A stretch of DNA of 42,374 bases, taken from the IMG/VR virus record IMGVR_UViG_3300045988_090786; one strand, 5' to 3'. The notes beneath the pieces were generated by a model. That model saw only the letters and a list, made by a program, of their open reading frames with translations, was not told the origin of the DNA and did not search any database. Made by a program: the position numbers and the translations under genes. Shown in pieces: positions 16,577-26,927 of this stretch. This DNA comes from a virus. Positions within the stretch are counted from its first letter, which is position 1. Every line of letters begins with the position of its first letter.

Positions 16577-17119
16577 TTACCCCCTAACCGATTTAATAAA
16601 TCTGATAAAAGCGTGTCCGATTTTAATTATTTCTGCGTCCAGCATATTTAATTTCTCAATGATGGACGTTATTTCGCAAAGTACCGGAATGATCAAAAAT
16701 GCGAAAGAAACAACGTAATCAAACCGCCAGCCAATGATCTCAACGTCCGGCAACAAGAATGACAGTACGGAAAAAGCAAACAGCACGGGGTACTGCACCG
16801 CCATTTTTAATACTAATGCCGTCCGCAGCCCTTTGCTGATTAAAAACCTGCACTTGCTGCCGTTTGGCAGCGTAACAGAACCCCAGCCGTACCAAAGGAA
16901 GGTGGTAATAATGTTGCACAGAGTATAACTCTTACCTGTGGTTTTTAAATAGTTGTTACACTCAATTGTAATGCGCAACATAACATCAGTGAACAATAGC
17001 GCAAGTGTGAAAAAGATAGTGCCTGTTATATCTACAACCGCATTTGCGGGGATAGTGCAAGTCAAACTGCCTATTATCTGCTGATATAGTGATGGTGACG
17101 TGATAATAATTTCATTCAA
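16577..17119 (-). CDS. Four-TM membrane protein (second holin/antiholin candidate), TTG start
   Basis: Four hydrophobic segments; AGAGGTG SD 5 nt before TTG 17119; lies between tail-fibre genes and the holin. Confidence 0.45.
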   Translation of the reverse strand: MNEIIITSPSLYQQIIGSLTCTIPANAVVDITGTIFFTLALLFTDVMLRITIECNNYLKTTGKSYTLCNIITTFLWYGWGSVTLPNGSKCRFLISKGLRTALVLKMAVQYPVLFAFSVLSFLLPDVEIIGWRFDYVVSFAFLIIPVLCEITSIIEKLNMLDAEIIKIGHAFIRFIKSVRG

Positions 17120-17132
17120 AATGACACCTCTA

Positions 17133-17603
17133 TTATTTGATTACAGGGATATGGGTGCTATAAGTGATTTTCTTTAATGCTTCCAAGTTTTTTGCTGTTT
17201 CGATTGCGTTATATGCCGCCCGCCATTCTGCCCGTGCTTTTTTCATCGGTTCGTACTGTTCAGCGGTTAAAACACCCTCGATGAATTTCGTCACGTTATA
17301 GTCCGTATCTGACAGTAACTGTTTTAACTCTGCCAATTCGGCGGCTTGTAAACGAGCATATTCGATGGCGTCCAACTCTTCCTGCGTAGGCGGCAGCGGT
17401 GCCTGTAGTTTACCGTCACGATATTCATAATTACCGGCAATGGACTCTTGCCATTCATCCTCGGTTTGATTGATATATATAGCGTTCGGATAATCAGATT
17501 TTGCTTTTCTTGTGAGTTCTTCGATAGTTTCGCCGTGAACGCCCGTGACCAATGATGTGATACGTTCGCCGGATGTTTTATTATAAATTGATATGTAAGT
17601 CAT
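17133..17603 (-). CDS. Tail-fibre-associated protein (assembly/XkdW-like), about 156 aa
   Basis: Position directly after the tail-fibre gene; GAGAGGT SD before ATG 17603. Confidence 0.35.
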   Translation of the reverse strand: MTYISIYNKTSGERITSLVTGVHGETIEELTRKAKSDYPNAIYINQTEDEWQESIAGNYEYRDGKLQAPLPPTQEELDAIEYARLQAAELAELKQLLSDTDYNVTKFIEGVLTAEQYEPMKKARAEWRAAYNAIETAKNLEALKKITYSTHIPVIK

Positions 17604-17620
17604 ATATTTTTTTACCTCTC

Positions 17621-19102
17621 TTAAAATCCGATAGCTAAGACTTGGCATAATGGGTTCCAGTTCATTTTAGGGAGCCATATTCCGGTTTTGTTTGTATAAG
17701 AATGCTTCGGCTGATTCCATTCGCCAACAGCATTTTCCTTGATCCACATGTTATTTTCTGAATTATTTTCTGTAACTTGCTTTCCAACATATAGTAGATT
17801 ATTAAAAGCAATCGGGTAAGCGAAAAACGTATTACTATTTGCGCGTCCTCCTTGTATTATTAGACCGCCTTTTAACTTCACCCACCATGCGTTAGCGTTA
17901 TTAACGTTCATACTGTCTATAGCAGTAATGTCACTCAAAAAGGCAATTGCAGACCACGGAGTGAATTGTTTATTACCAGGATAATGGTTTGTTCGAAACC
18001 ACATGCGCCCGTTGTCGTTTTCCGTGAAAATCTGTTGCACCATATTACGCGTGTCATCTATCCCGTATGGCAACGATATGATAGAACCGAATCTCTGACT
18101 GCCGCTAATATTTACACCTTGAGCCCGTGTAAGTGTCATTCTGTTTAACTGTAGTGCTTCTAAAGCGATATTATTATCCTCATCACCAGAAATGCCTTTT
18201 GTGTAGACTATATAATTGGCACTATCAGCAGTACCCGTTGTGTCCTGATTCCCTATTTTGTTCACTCCGGGTAAATCTATATCAGCAGTACCGTCAAATG
18301 ATACTCCGCCTATTCGTCTTGCCGTTTGTAGTCTTGTAGCACTATCAGCATTGCCGTCTAACGCCCCGTGTACAGTCGGTACGGTTAAATCACCTGTCAG
18401 TGTGCCGCCAGATAGCATTAAAAATTTTCGGGCGATACCGGAATAATCTGCTGCATACCGCCATCGCGTCCATGCATTATTGATATACAGTCTGGTTGCC
18501 ATTGATTTTAATGCGGTGTTATTCGTTACAGAATTATACATATTAGCGATATATAACTGTGCAACGGTATCTTGCATTAAAAATACGACTAATACACCGG
18601 ACGTCACCATGCCCGACGGCGCACCTTGCAGGTCAAAACAGGATTCGTCGATAGTATATACTCCGGCTGTCATGATTTCGTCCCATGCATGAAACATACC
18701 TGCGTTCAAGTATGTGCGTCCGCCGACGTATCCTTGAGTAAATTGGACACCGTTCTGATCTGCGGTAGCAGTTGCAGCATTCCCCGCGATGCCCGCGGCG
18801 TGAGCCGCCGGATTCGTATTATGATCATCTAATGGCGTTTTCGCAAATTTCGTCAGTGCTTTCTGCAGATTCTGCGATAATAATTGCGAGTCTTCGTCTT
18901 TCGCATCAAATGCTTGACTGGCGATAAAATCAGCTAAGGCTTTACTCATCATACTAACCTGCCGATATAACTTATTATGCAGTGCGGATGACGCGACGCC
19001 AGATTGCACGCCATTTGACCTCTGCGTGTGATTAGCATAATCAGTATCAGACATTACATTGGTTTTTGTTTCGTCAAATACTTTAAAATTATTATCAGCC
19101 AT
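17621..19102 (-). CDS. Tail fibre protein (P2 gpH / PBSX XkdV position)
   Basis: About 490 aa, Gly/Asn/Thr-rich with repeated GTxDxxL-type segments; follows gpJ-gpI-like genes; AAGGAG SD before ATG 19102. Confidence 0.6.
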   Translation of the reverse strand: MADNNFKVFDETKTNVMSDTDYANHTQRSNGVQSGVASSALHNKLYRQVSMMSKALADFIASQAFDAKDEDSQLLSQNLQKALTKFAKTPLDDHNTNPAAHAAGIAGNAATATADQNGVQFTQGYVGGRTYLNAGMFHAWDEIMTAGVYTIDESCFDLQGAPSGMVTSGVLVVFLMQDTVAQLYIANMYNSVTNNTALKSMATRLYINNAWTRWRYAADYSGIARKFLMLSGGTLTGDLTVPTVHGALDGNADSATRLQTARRIGGVSFDGTADIDLPGVNKIGNQDTTGTADSANYIVYTKGISGDEDNNIALEALQLNRMTLTRAQGVNISGSQRFGSIISLPYGIDDTRNMVQQIFTENDNGRMWFRTNHYPGNKQFTPWSAIAFLSDITAIDSMNVNNANAWWVKLKGGLIIQGGRANSNTFFAYPIAFNNLLYVGKQVTENNSENNMWIKENAVGEWNQPKHSYTNKTGIWLPKMNWNPLCQVLAIGF

Positions 19103-19664
19103 TCGACCATTCTCCTTTTTCGTAACCAGCGAAAACATCAGTATTCAAGTCGTACGCAAATAGCGGATTCGCGGAAATCTGCAGATTTAACCGGACGCCT
19201 TCCGGCTTCGGTATAATGTAGCCCAGTTCTATCATTTCTTTTAATTGTTCGTCACTAACGCCGACTAACGACACGTCTATCGTCATATCCTGATTATCAC
19301 GTATCGATATTGTGATATCCGGCAATAGTGTCTGCCATTTTTCGCTGAGTGATTCAATACCGGCATCCCAACTCATTTTCGCAATCGTTGCTTTAAGCAA
19401 TATACGATACAGCTTATCCGATAATACACTACTTACGCCATTTTTCGCATTAAACGGCATTACCCGTGATCGTCCGAGATACAAGCCGATAATATCAAGT
19501 TGCGTCCCTGCCGCTGTATCGATATTAAATGCATCCGGCATATCAAATGATATCTGCATCGGATCGTCCGTATAACTCAGCAGCATTTTCATCATTTCTG
19601 TATATTTCGGCTTGTCACGATGCTCTGACGTAATGCAGTCTAAGTAACCTTCATATAACGCCAT
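19095..19664 (-). CDS. Baseplate/tail protein gpI-like (DUF2313/XkdU-like)
   Basis: Synteny V-W-J-I-H as in P2/PBSX; GAGGTG SD. Confidence 0.5.
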   Translation of the reverse strand: MALYEGYLDCITSEHRDKPKYTEMMKMLLSYTDDPMQISFDMPDAFNIDTAAGTQLDIIGLYLGRSRVMPFNAKNGVSSVLSDKLYRILLKATIAKMSWDAGIESLSEKWQTLLPDITISIRDNQDMTIDVSLVGVSDEQLKEMIELGYIIPKPEGVRLNLQISANPLFAYDLNTDVFAGYEKGEWSNG

Positions 19665-19666
19665 TA

Positions 19667-20842
19667 TTACACCTCTTCCGCTGTAACCGTGCAGGAATTA
19701 TACTGTGCTACCTGATTAAACACTATCGGGATATTCGCTACAGTCGGATTACTACCCTTAATGCCCAATTTAACCTCAATGACACTAAAAGTCGGATTCG
19801 TAATATCCACAATAGCCCGTGCCGCAATCGCCCAAATACTTGACAAGTAAACGGATTGTCCGATGGCTAAAATTGACAGATAATACTTGACGTAATCAAT
19901 AATTGCCGCCTCGATTTCTTTTGTGTAGCCGGTTAGTTTCTTGACGCGGACGCGAACGTCAATTTTAACATATGTTGGGCGGAAGAATTTAATATTCGTC
20001 GCTACATTTTTGGCGTTCAGTACATTAACCGCCGTAGTGCCATATGTTCCGCATCCCGGAGATTTCCGGAGATAGATTGCTTTCGCAATTTCCTCATCCG
20101 CGCCGCCCTCAACAATTGCCGAAATCGAATGTCCGGGAATACCGTTTCCGTCTGTTACGTTCGTATCATTCTCCAACACAGAATAACGTGTAACACCGGA
20201 AACAGCGGCGATCGCGCCCTTTGTCGATTCGATAACCGCCTGCGACGGATTGGCAACAGAGATAGTCTGTCTTGCCCTCAGTTGCTCGTCCGTTTCCACC
20301 GGCTGCCCCAATACAGCCTGCTCTTTATTCGTAACAGATATCCAACCTTTCGTCGGTGTAACAATACCCGTGACCGATCCTGTCGGTGCCCCGACGGCAC
20401 CAATCTTTTTACATGTAGCGGTGACTGTAGCGGTTCCCGCGTTGCCGATATTGACAACGTACGGCAATGCCCACTGTACATCGTTACTATCCCGCACGAT
20501 ACCCCCCACGACCTGCGTCCCGGCATCACCGGTGAGTGTGACTTGTACTGTACTATATGACGCCTTCTTGCGCGTGAGTCCGTTGATTTTTATGAGCGCA
20601 TCTAATGCGGTGCCGATTGCGGTTTTCGGTGACCGGTTATTATAATCCAACTCGACCGCTTGGAACGTATCGTAAATCTTGAGAGCAAAAATACTGATCA
20701 TCTGGTAATCCTGACTGTCATTACCCAGATAGATATCCTGCCCGTAGATCTGCCGGAATCGATCCATCATGTCGTCCCGTATATCGTTATACGTCGGATA
20801 ATGATATCCGGTACCGTCTATATACGGCTTAAAATATGCCAT
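19667..20842 (-). CDS. Baseplate J-like protein (gpJ / XkdT family)
   Basis: 391 aa at the expected position after the gp25/W-like protein; GGAGGTG SD. Confidence 0.6.
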   Translation of the reverse strand: MAYFKPYIDGTGYHYPTYNDIRDDMMDRFRQIYGQDIYLGNDSQDYQMISIFALKIYDTFQAVELDYNNRSPKTAIGTALDALIKINGLTRKKASYSTVQVTLTGDAGTQVVGGIVRDSNDVQWALPYVVNIGNAGTATVTATCKKIGAVGAPTGSVTGIVTPTKGWISVTNKEQAVLGQPVETDEQLRARQTISVANPSQAVIESTKGAIAAVSGVTRYSVLENDTNVTDGNGIPGHSISAIVEGGADEEIAKAIYLRKSPGCGTYGTTAVNVLNAKNVATNIKFFRPTYVKIDVRVRVKKLTGYTKEIEAAIIDYVKYYLSILAIGQSVYLSSIWAIAARAIVDITNPTFSVIEVKLGIKGSNPTVANIPIVFNQVAQYNSCTVTAEEV

Positions 20843-21196
20843 TTATAACGTCACCTCCGATAACTGCACTTCGCCATAGTCCGTATAAACGGTGCAGGAA
20901 AACGTGTATTGCCGGGAATCGCCGTTCCAGTATGAGTGGAATTCGATGATATCCTGCACGTGCTCAGTTCCTGTTATGCGGTCACGCAGGAGCTGTTCAG
21001 CCGCCTTGATGTCGCTATGACCTAATATTTTCTGCCAGAGCGGCAAGCCGTCATTCAAGTCCTCCCACCATTCCGCGAGAAATAATAAAAGCCGCGTTTT
21101 GATTGCCTGCGCGCAGGCTTCCCGATCGGAGATATAATTTGCCGACCCGGCACCGAAAGTAAAGTCGCCGTTTTCGTTCAATCGTCTGTATTTCAT
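20843..21196 (-). CDS. Baseplate wedge protein gpW/gp25-like
   Basis: 117-aa protein between the spike (gpV-like) and gpJ-like genes. Confidence 0.5.
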   Translation of the reverse strand: MKYRRLNENGDFTFGAGSANYISDREACAQAIKTRLLLFLAEWWEDLNDGLPLWQKILGHSDIKAAEQLLRDRITGTEHVQDIIEFHSYWNGDSRQYTFSCTVYTDYGEVQLSEVTL

Positions 21197-21849
21197 CGAG
21201 GTGCCCCCGTGCTTCCACCACTGTCTCCGCGGTGAGTATGCGTATTCATGTTAATTCCCCCTGCCTTGAGCGTTCCGGTCACGGTATGATTACCGCCGGT
21301 CTGGGCATTACCGGACGTTGATAAATTCCCGTTAATCTGTACATTCGCATTGATCGTAACCTGCCCCGGCTTAAGGTCAATAAACGTCCCGCCATCCTCC
21401 GTCCGAACCTGCACGGAATCACCGGAATACCCCGGTACTGTATGCACTTGCGACCGGAACCCAACAATCGCCATGCCGTCAGACAGATCGTGCCGGCGGC
21501 GTTCTACCTGATTCTGCACGCCGCCGGATTGCCACCATGCGTCGATACAGCTATCCGCGAAAACGACCAAGCATTCATCACCCGGTGAGACCGGGAGCGT
21601 AACACAATAACCGCCGCCGGAATATACGAAAAACGGAACGTTAATCAATATCGGTAATTCGACCCATTTATACGTTCCATCCATTTCGATTTTCTCTCTG
21701 ATAGTCGGCTGTATTGATACCGTTTGAGCGGCATAATTTACCTCAGTCACAATGCCGGGAATCGCAACACGAAGAGTGCGAGAAAAATCACTTCGCTCAC
21801 GCCGGGATTTATCCAAATTCCCTGCAGTTCGACTTTCAATTGATATCAT
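21193..21849 (-). CDS. Baseplate spike protein gpV-like (OB-fold plus beta-helix, His-rich tip)
   Basis: C-terminal GNLSTSGNAQTGGNHTVTG...NMNTHTHRGDSGG resembles the P2 gpV / Mu gp45 spike apex with an HxH metal-binding tip. Confidence 0.65.
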   Translation of the reverse strand: MISIESRTAGNLDKSRRERSDFSRTLRVAIPGIVTEVNYAAQTVSIQPTIREKIEMDGTYKWVELPILINVPFFVYSGGGYCVTLPVSPGDECLVVFADSCIDAWWQSGGVQNQVERRRHDLSDGMAIVGFRSQVHTVPGYSGDSVQVRTEDGGTFIDLKPGQVTINANVQINGNLSTSGNAQTGGNHTVTGTLKAGGINMNTHTHRGDSGGSTGAPR

Positions 21850-22844
21850 GATCTCACCGTCCCATCTGCAGAATCAACCATAATCGGAAGCCCTGATTTT
21901 CCGTTTCTGCCGATTCCTATAATTTCCGTCAGCCATGTTTCGCCATGCGTATCACCAGAATGCACCAGCGAATAGACCTCGTATTCACCGGTCGGATCGA
22001 ATCGGGTGTTCTGATCAGCAACCTTGCCGCCTGCCGGTGACATATTCGGTTTCATCATTTGGCCGGTATCAACTGCCGTCCGCTGAATAATATCATTGTC
22101 AATTTTAATTAAGCCATGAATCGTGACGACCGGATTTAATAGCATGCGAATACCAATGCCGTCATCAGTATATTCCGGTGTCCCGACCAATCCTGTTTGC
22201 GGTGTAAGATATAGACATTTATCATCCGGGATCGGGTCGGTATATTTTCGGACTTCGAGCTTACCATTATCGACTTGCACGAACGAATCAGTGGTGCGCG
22301 CCTGATCATCCAATATATCTGCCGGATAACCAAAGCATACTTTGCCGCGCGGCAATGTTGTTTCCGGTAGATTTTCTGATACATGCTCGATTTCAATCGG
22401 ATAATATGCCAGCTTGGCCGCCGCTTCGATGACATCACGAGGATTACTGCCCGCCGCCAGTGTCGTCCGGATAAAATTACCGCCGTAAAAGCTCTTGCCG
22501 TCGGCAGCTATGATTTCAAGCCGATAATTTATACCGTCTTCACGGTTCCGGAAAACCTGTATAATATCGCCATCAAATATCAACCCGTACTGCGCCGCAT
22601 ATCCGGCTTCAAGCTGGACATGAAAGCCCTCTTTGATGATTTGCGCTTCCGTATCCGGAGCCAGATTATATATCATAATATGTGCAATAGACGGCTGTCC
22701 CAACGCATTTTTCTTGATCTCAAATACTGTTCGAAGATTAGACACATCGAGAGCTGTTGTCTCTTCGTATTGCACTAATACCCGCCACATACGACCGTAT
22801 AAGCCGAGATTGGCTGTCGTTGTAATTTCCTGTCTTGCGCTCAT
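21846..22844 (-). CDS. Baseplate hub/tail protein (XkdQ / late-control-D-like)
   Basis: 332-aa protein after TMP-proximal tail genes and before the spike; GGAGTG SD. Confidence 0.45.
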   Translation of the reverse strand: MSARQEITTTANLGLYGRMWRVLVQYEETTALDVSNLRTVFEIKKNALGQPSIAHIMIYNLAPDTEAQIIKEGFHVQLEAGYAAQYGLIFDGDIIQVFRNREDGINYRLEIIAADGKSFYGGNFIRTTLAAGSNPRDVIEAAAKLAYYPIEIEHVSENLPETTLPRGKVCFGYPADILDDQARTTDSFVQVDNGKLEVRKYTDPIPDDKCLYLTPQTGLVGTPEYTDDGIGIRMLLNPVVTIHGLIKIDNDIIQRTAVDTGQMMKPNMSPAGGKVADQNTRFDPTGEYEVYSLVHSGDTHGETWLTEIIGIGRNGKSGLPIMVDSADGTVRS

Positions 22845-23167
22845 GCCGTATCACTCCAGACAAGCAACCAATCGGCACCGAGATTTCCCGCATTCGGCCA
22901 TTCATCCTCCATCTTGTGGGCAGGGATAACGCAGGCGGCACCAATCTCGAGATATGAATATTGTTCCAGTATATTCTGCCCCGGCAGCATTGGCAGATTG
23001 TGTATCAACTCCGTGCCGTTGCCGTCGGATACCGATACATTCCAATATCCTGCAATCTCATTGTATCTTGTCGAAAATACCAATGTTATATTTTTACTGT
23101 CAACCGGTATTTTGCATGAAAACGTGTTCCGAGGTTTCGCGGTAATCGGTATAATTGAATACATCAT
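22841..23167 (-). CDS. Small baseplate-associated protein
   Basis: 108-aa ORF with overlapping stop/start inside the baseplate gene string. Confidence 0.35.
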   Translation of the reverse strand: MMYSIIPITAKPRNTFSCKIPVDSKNITLVFSTRYNEIAGYWNVSVSDGNGTELIHNLPMLPGQNILEQYSYLEIGAACVIPAHKMEDEWPNAGNLGADWLLVWSDTA

Positions 23168-23946
23168 TTACCTCCGATAGAATCGTTAATCGCAGACAAT
23201 ATGCTTTGATTGTTCGCCGGAGAATCCGTGTCAACCGGCTGCGCGCCGGAATTGGACGATCCCGTCGTTTGCGATCGGGCGGATACCTGAACTTCGGCGA
23301 CTTGCGCCACGTCAATCTGCTCAAAATGTAGCGAGCAGTTCAGCCCGTGCAGGCTGCTTACGTCATCGGGCGCTTCGGCATGGACTAAAAGCATATTGTG
23401 ATACGTTCCGAGACGCGTTACGACATCCACCGGCGTGCGCGCAGTAATCATATTTGCAAACAATGTCCATGCAGATATACCTCTGTCGCCGGTAACTGCA
23501 GGCTGGCCGGGCGGTGCAAAGAAATTTGTAATCGGAATAATACTGTTAATCTGATTGTAACCGCTGATAACCGCGTCAAATAGCCTGTTCCCCGTCTTGA
23601 TTGACCGGGAATACACTTCTGCATCGGACACCATCACGTCAATGTCAAGTTCTGCCGGCAGTAATATCGCGTGATCAGTCATCACCGATCCGCTCTGCAC
23701 CGGATAATGCGTCGCTTCAACCGACAATGCGTGATTTGTCCGCATAATGCCGGAAAATGCAGCTCCGCCGATTGTCCATTTCGGCGTATATAAAATATAG
23801 TCCTCAAAATTATTAAACGCAGTGGTGTAATCCAGCAGCGTTTGATTGTTAAATACTTTCGCGACATCTTTTGTAAAGTCCGTCCAGCTGGCACGAGATG
23901 ATGTGATTTCTTTGCCGTAGTTTTTGATTGACGTAATTAAACTCAC
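23164..23946 (-). CDS. Tail protein distal to the tape measure (XkdP-like position), GTG start
   Basis: GTGA overlap with the TMP stop; 260 aa. Confidence 0.4.
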   Translation of the reverse strand: MSLITSIKNYGKEITSSRASWTDFTKDVAKVFNNQTLLDYTTAFNNFEDYILYTPKWTIGGAAFSGIMRTNHALSVEATHYPVQSGSVMTDHAILLPAELDIDVMVSDAEVYSRSIKTGNRLFDAVISGYNQINSIIPITNFFAPPGQPAVTGDRGISAWTLFANMITARTPVDVVTRLGTYHNMLLVHAEAPDDVSSLHGLNCSLHFEQIDVAQVAEVQVSARSQTTGSSNSGAQPVDTDSPANNQSILSAINDSIGGK

Positions 23947-26276
23947 TGCATACCCGCCCCCCTGTCATAAATATTACCAATATCACGTTCCGGCAGTACC
24001 TTTCTGATTTCTGATGCCGCCGCTCTGCCGATAGTCTGCGGATCGGCGTTATTGCCGTAGACATTGATGGTTACCGGCGCATTAACCGTATTCCTTGCGC
24101 TGCGGGAATCCGCAAAGCTGCTCGTCCCCGCAAGATTGCTAATCGTCCCCGTCCATTCGCCCCACTTTTGCTTTACTGCATTCCAGCCGTTTTCAAGTAC
24201 CCTGCCTGTATTTGCTGCTCTTTCCAACAAAGACGGACTCCCGGACGGCGTTACATCCGGTTCCTGTGGCGGCGGGGGATTATTCCGTGCCCATTCGTCC
24301 GCTTCCTGTTGTATGATCGCTTTCGCGTCAGCACGTTCCGAGTCCCAGCGGTCATGTAATTGCTCGGCAGTAACGCCTTCACTGTTAGCCGTATATCCAT
24401 TACGGACGTTATAGATTGCGTCAATCAATGCTTTTTGCGATTCAGCGGACATATTGATGGCACCTGCTCCGCCCATTGCCTGTATTGCCCGCTCGATGAT
24501 ATTCGTCCCGCCGCCATGCTGCACGGCAACTGACCAGACGGCTTCACGCACACCTCGAGATTGTTTTTCAATATTTAGCCCCGTACTATTCAGGATCTGC
24601 GCAACTTGCGGAGCATAATGCGTTTTTGCAATATACTGTCGCTGCGCTTCCCGGAACCCTTCGGGATCTTCACTGGCAATATCGCGCCATTCCTGATCAA
24701 AGTCTGCAGAGCCGACAGCTCCCGCATTTGATAAACGGTTATACCACTCGGTATTGATGCCGGACAAGTGCTGCAGGAAATCTGGTATATTATCTGGGAT
24801 AATCTGCCAGCTGCCATACGCTCCACCGGAACCCCCTGTGGTACCCGGTGCGCCCTCGTATTTTGACGATAGCGCGCCCAGACGCTTGTCGGACAAGTCG
24901 ACACCGCCAGAGAACATATTACCGATGAGAGCTTTTGCTCCGGCAAAATCACCCGTCAATAATTTACCGATGATATTCGCGAATTTTCCGATGCCGGAAA
25001 TCATCTTTGCAATAGTAATAACAATTTGCTTAAGGACCTTTTTAAATGACGTCCAAGCGCGAGTTTTACTTGTAATGCCGTCACTGATTTTGAAGAATTT
25101 TAGAATTCCGTCAATCAATGACGATATGCCATTCACCAATGACGTGACGCCCTGTCCGAGAGAATCGAACGCTTCGGAAAACGCATTAACAGTTTCTGTA
25201 TCGACGATATACGTCCATAATTCAGATAGTTTTTCAAAAAATTCCTCGCCGAGATATTCTGCTATATCGTAGATAGCTTTCGCCATCCGCTCAAACGCAT
25301 CAACGAATGCCTGCAGCCTCCCCGAATGTTCAACCCAGTGGAAAAATCGACTGACATAATCCACCATGACTGACCATGCTTTATTGCATAACTCTAAAAC
25401 ACGATTCAGCTTTTCCCACTGCTCGCCGAACAGACTTTTCTTGCCGTCCATGTAGGCGAAATAATCGTCTAAGAGCAGCAGCACTCCGCCGATGGCCATG
25501 GCCATAGCACCGATCGGTCCCGCAAGAAACGCAGCAATAGCAGTACCGAGGGCGAGAAACGCCACTCTGCCGTTATGCGGTAGCCGTTTCCAGAATTCGT
25601 TGATACGCTTACCGATGCCGGATAGAACCCGCCAGACGGCGAATGCGATATTTCGCACGAATCCGAAACCGGTCGCGATCGTTCGGGTAATGCGGGGCAA
25701 ATTAGTGATGATGTAATCGTTGATGGTTTTTAGCGTTTTTTTCGCATCACCCAGAGGTTTCGCAAGGTCTTTGACAATATAGTAAGCGACCCACTGCATA
25801 CCGGCTGCGATTTCCTGTTTTAACCGCGTGAATTCAAATGCCAGTTCCTGCACTTGATTCATGGCGGCCTTATAGCCGCCGCCTGCAGTCATTGCCGCAC
25901 TGTCGGACAATAGCTGGCGATACTGCTCGCGGAGCTTCGGATTAATCTGTACTTCATTAGCCGATTTTCCGAGAGCGTCCAACGCCATCTTCATTTGTTT
26001 TGCCTGACCGGCAGAAACGAACATCGTCCGTCCCAACGTTTCATACGCCATTTCCTGATCGCCCATGGACTTTACGAGTGATACTCCGGACGCCACAATG
26101 CCACTAATCGCCGCCATTACAAGTGCGCTGGCTTTCGCCAGTTTCGGAGCCAGCGATTCCATCCCGCCGACCATTTGATGAACAGAATTAACCGCTTTCT
26201 GTAACTCCGCAACCGACCGCGCGTCGACATCAGTACCCAGTTTCACCAGATACTCTTCAATGTAGTTTGCCGCCAC
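23943..26276 (-). CDS. Tail tape measure protein
   Basis: 777 aa with long alpha-helical/coiled regions and Gly-rich segments; follows the chaperone/frameshift region; GTG start overlapping the stop of the frameshift extension. Confidence 0.85.
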   Translation of the reverse strand: MAANYIEEYLVKLGTDVDARSVAELQKAVNSVHQMVGGMESLAPKLAKASALVMAAISGIVASGVSLVKSMGDQEMAYETLGRTMFVSAGQAKQMKMALDALGKSANEVQINPKLREQYRQLLSDSAAMTAGGGYKAAMNQVQELAFEFTRLKQEIAAGMQWVAYYIVKDLAKPLGDAKKTLKTINDYIITNLPRITRTIATGFGFVRNIAFAVWRVLSGIGKRINEFWKRLPHNGRVAFLALGTAIAAFLAGPIGAMAMAIGGVLLLLDDYFAYMDGKKSLFGEQWEKLNRVLELCNKAWSVMVDYVSRFFHWVEHSGRLQAFVDAFERMAKAIYDIAEYLGEEFFEKLSELWTYIVDTETVNAFSEAFDSLGQGVTSLVNGISSLIDGILKFFKISDGITSKTRAWTSFKKVLKQIVITIAKMISGIGKFANIIGKLLTGDFAGAKALIGNMFSGGVDLSDKRLGALSSKYEGAPGTTGGSGGAYGSWQIIPDNIPDFLQHLSGINTEWYNRLSNAGAVGSADFDQEWRDIASEDPEGFREAQRQYIAKTHYAPQVAQILNSTGLNIEKQSRGVREAVWSVAVQHGGGTNIIERAIQAMGGAGAINMSAESQKALIDAIYNVRNGYTANSEGVTAEQLHDRWDSERADAKAIIQQEADEWARNNPPPPQEPDVTPSGSPSLLERAANTGRVLENGWNAVKQKWGEWTGTISNLAGTSSFADSRSARNTVNAPVTINVYGNNADPQTIGRAAASEIRKVLPERDIGNIYDRGAGMQ

Positions 26277-26529
26277 TATGCATCACCACCATTCATCATT
26301 TCCGCATACTCCTGCGCCCTGCGCTTGTTTTCTGCCTGTAGGATAATCATTTCATGAGCATCCAACAGATCATCCAGTGTATAGGTACCATCAAATACTT
26401 CTTTCTGCTGCCACATACCCTGCATAACAGGCAAGTAAGCAAAAGCGTTAATATTTACCGGCTCTGCGACGGCGTAACCTGCTGAATCCCTGACAACAGG
26501 GAAGTCAAGCCGTCTTCGCCGAAAAAACC
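26276..26529 (-). other. Programmed -1 ribosomal frameshift extension of the tail assembly chaperone (G/GT-like); slippery site T_TTT_TTC at 26529..26521
   Basis: Heptamer UUUUUUC in the zero frame at the GFF codons of the chaperone; the -1 frame is open from 26536 to the TAG at 26278..26276 (about 83 codons), ending exactly at the TMP start. Confidence 0.6.
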
Positions 26530-26919
26530 GGATAAATTAAATACCAGTGCCTGCGCTGTAAGAACGAATACAGCCACGGCTTCTTTTTCAAGCCCGATGA
26601 CTGCAAAATTCCCAGATGTATCAAGTACCGGCGTAACACCTGCAGGAAGAATTTCTTCACAGGCACGCAAAGCCTCAGTCTGCAGCTTTCCGAATTCTCC
26701 CTCACTCATAGCAATACTTGACACAATATCATCCGTATTGACCAGCTTTGACATATCAGAAATATCTGCAGGATTCCCCGCGTGAATCTGCAGAATGGAC
26801 GGCAGAAAACGCGACATGACTGTATAGAGAATATAGCTGCCGGTGCGTGCGTCAAATTTATTAATTCGAAATTTACGCTTCTTTCCGGCAACCGTGAGTT
26901 CAATATCTTTGTAATTCAT
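26455..26919 (-). CDS. Tail assembly chaperone (gpG-like)
   Basis: 154-aa acidic protein between the tube and tape measure genes. Confidence 0.6.
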   Translation of the reverse strand: MNYKDIELTVAGKKRKFRINKFDARTGSYILYTVMSRFLPSILQIHAGNPADISDMSKLVNTDDIVSSIAMSEGEFGKLQTEALRACEEILPAGVTPVLDTSGNFAVIGLEKEAVAVFVLTAQALVFNLSGFFGEDGLTSLLSGIQQVTPSQSR

Positions 26920-26927
26920 AGTTCACC

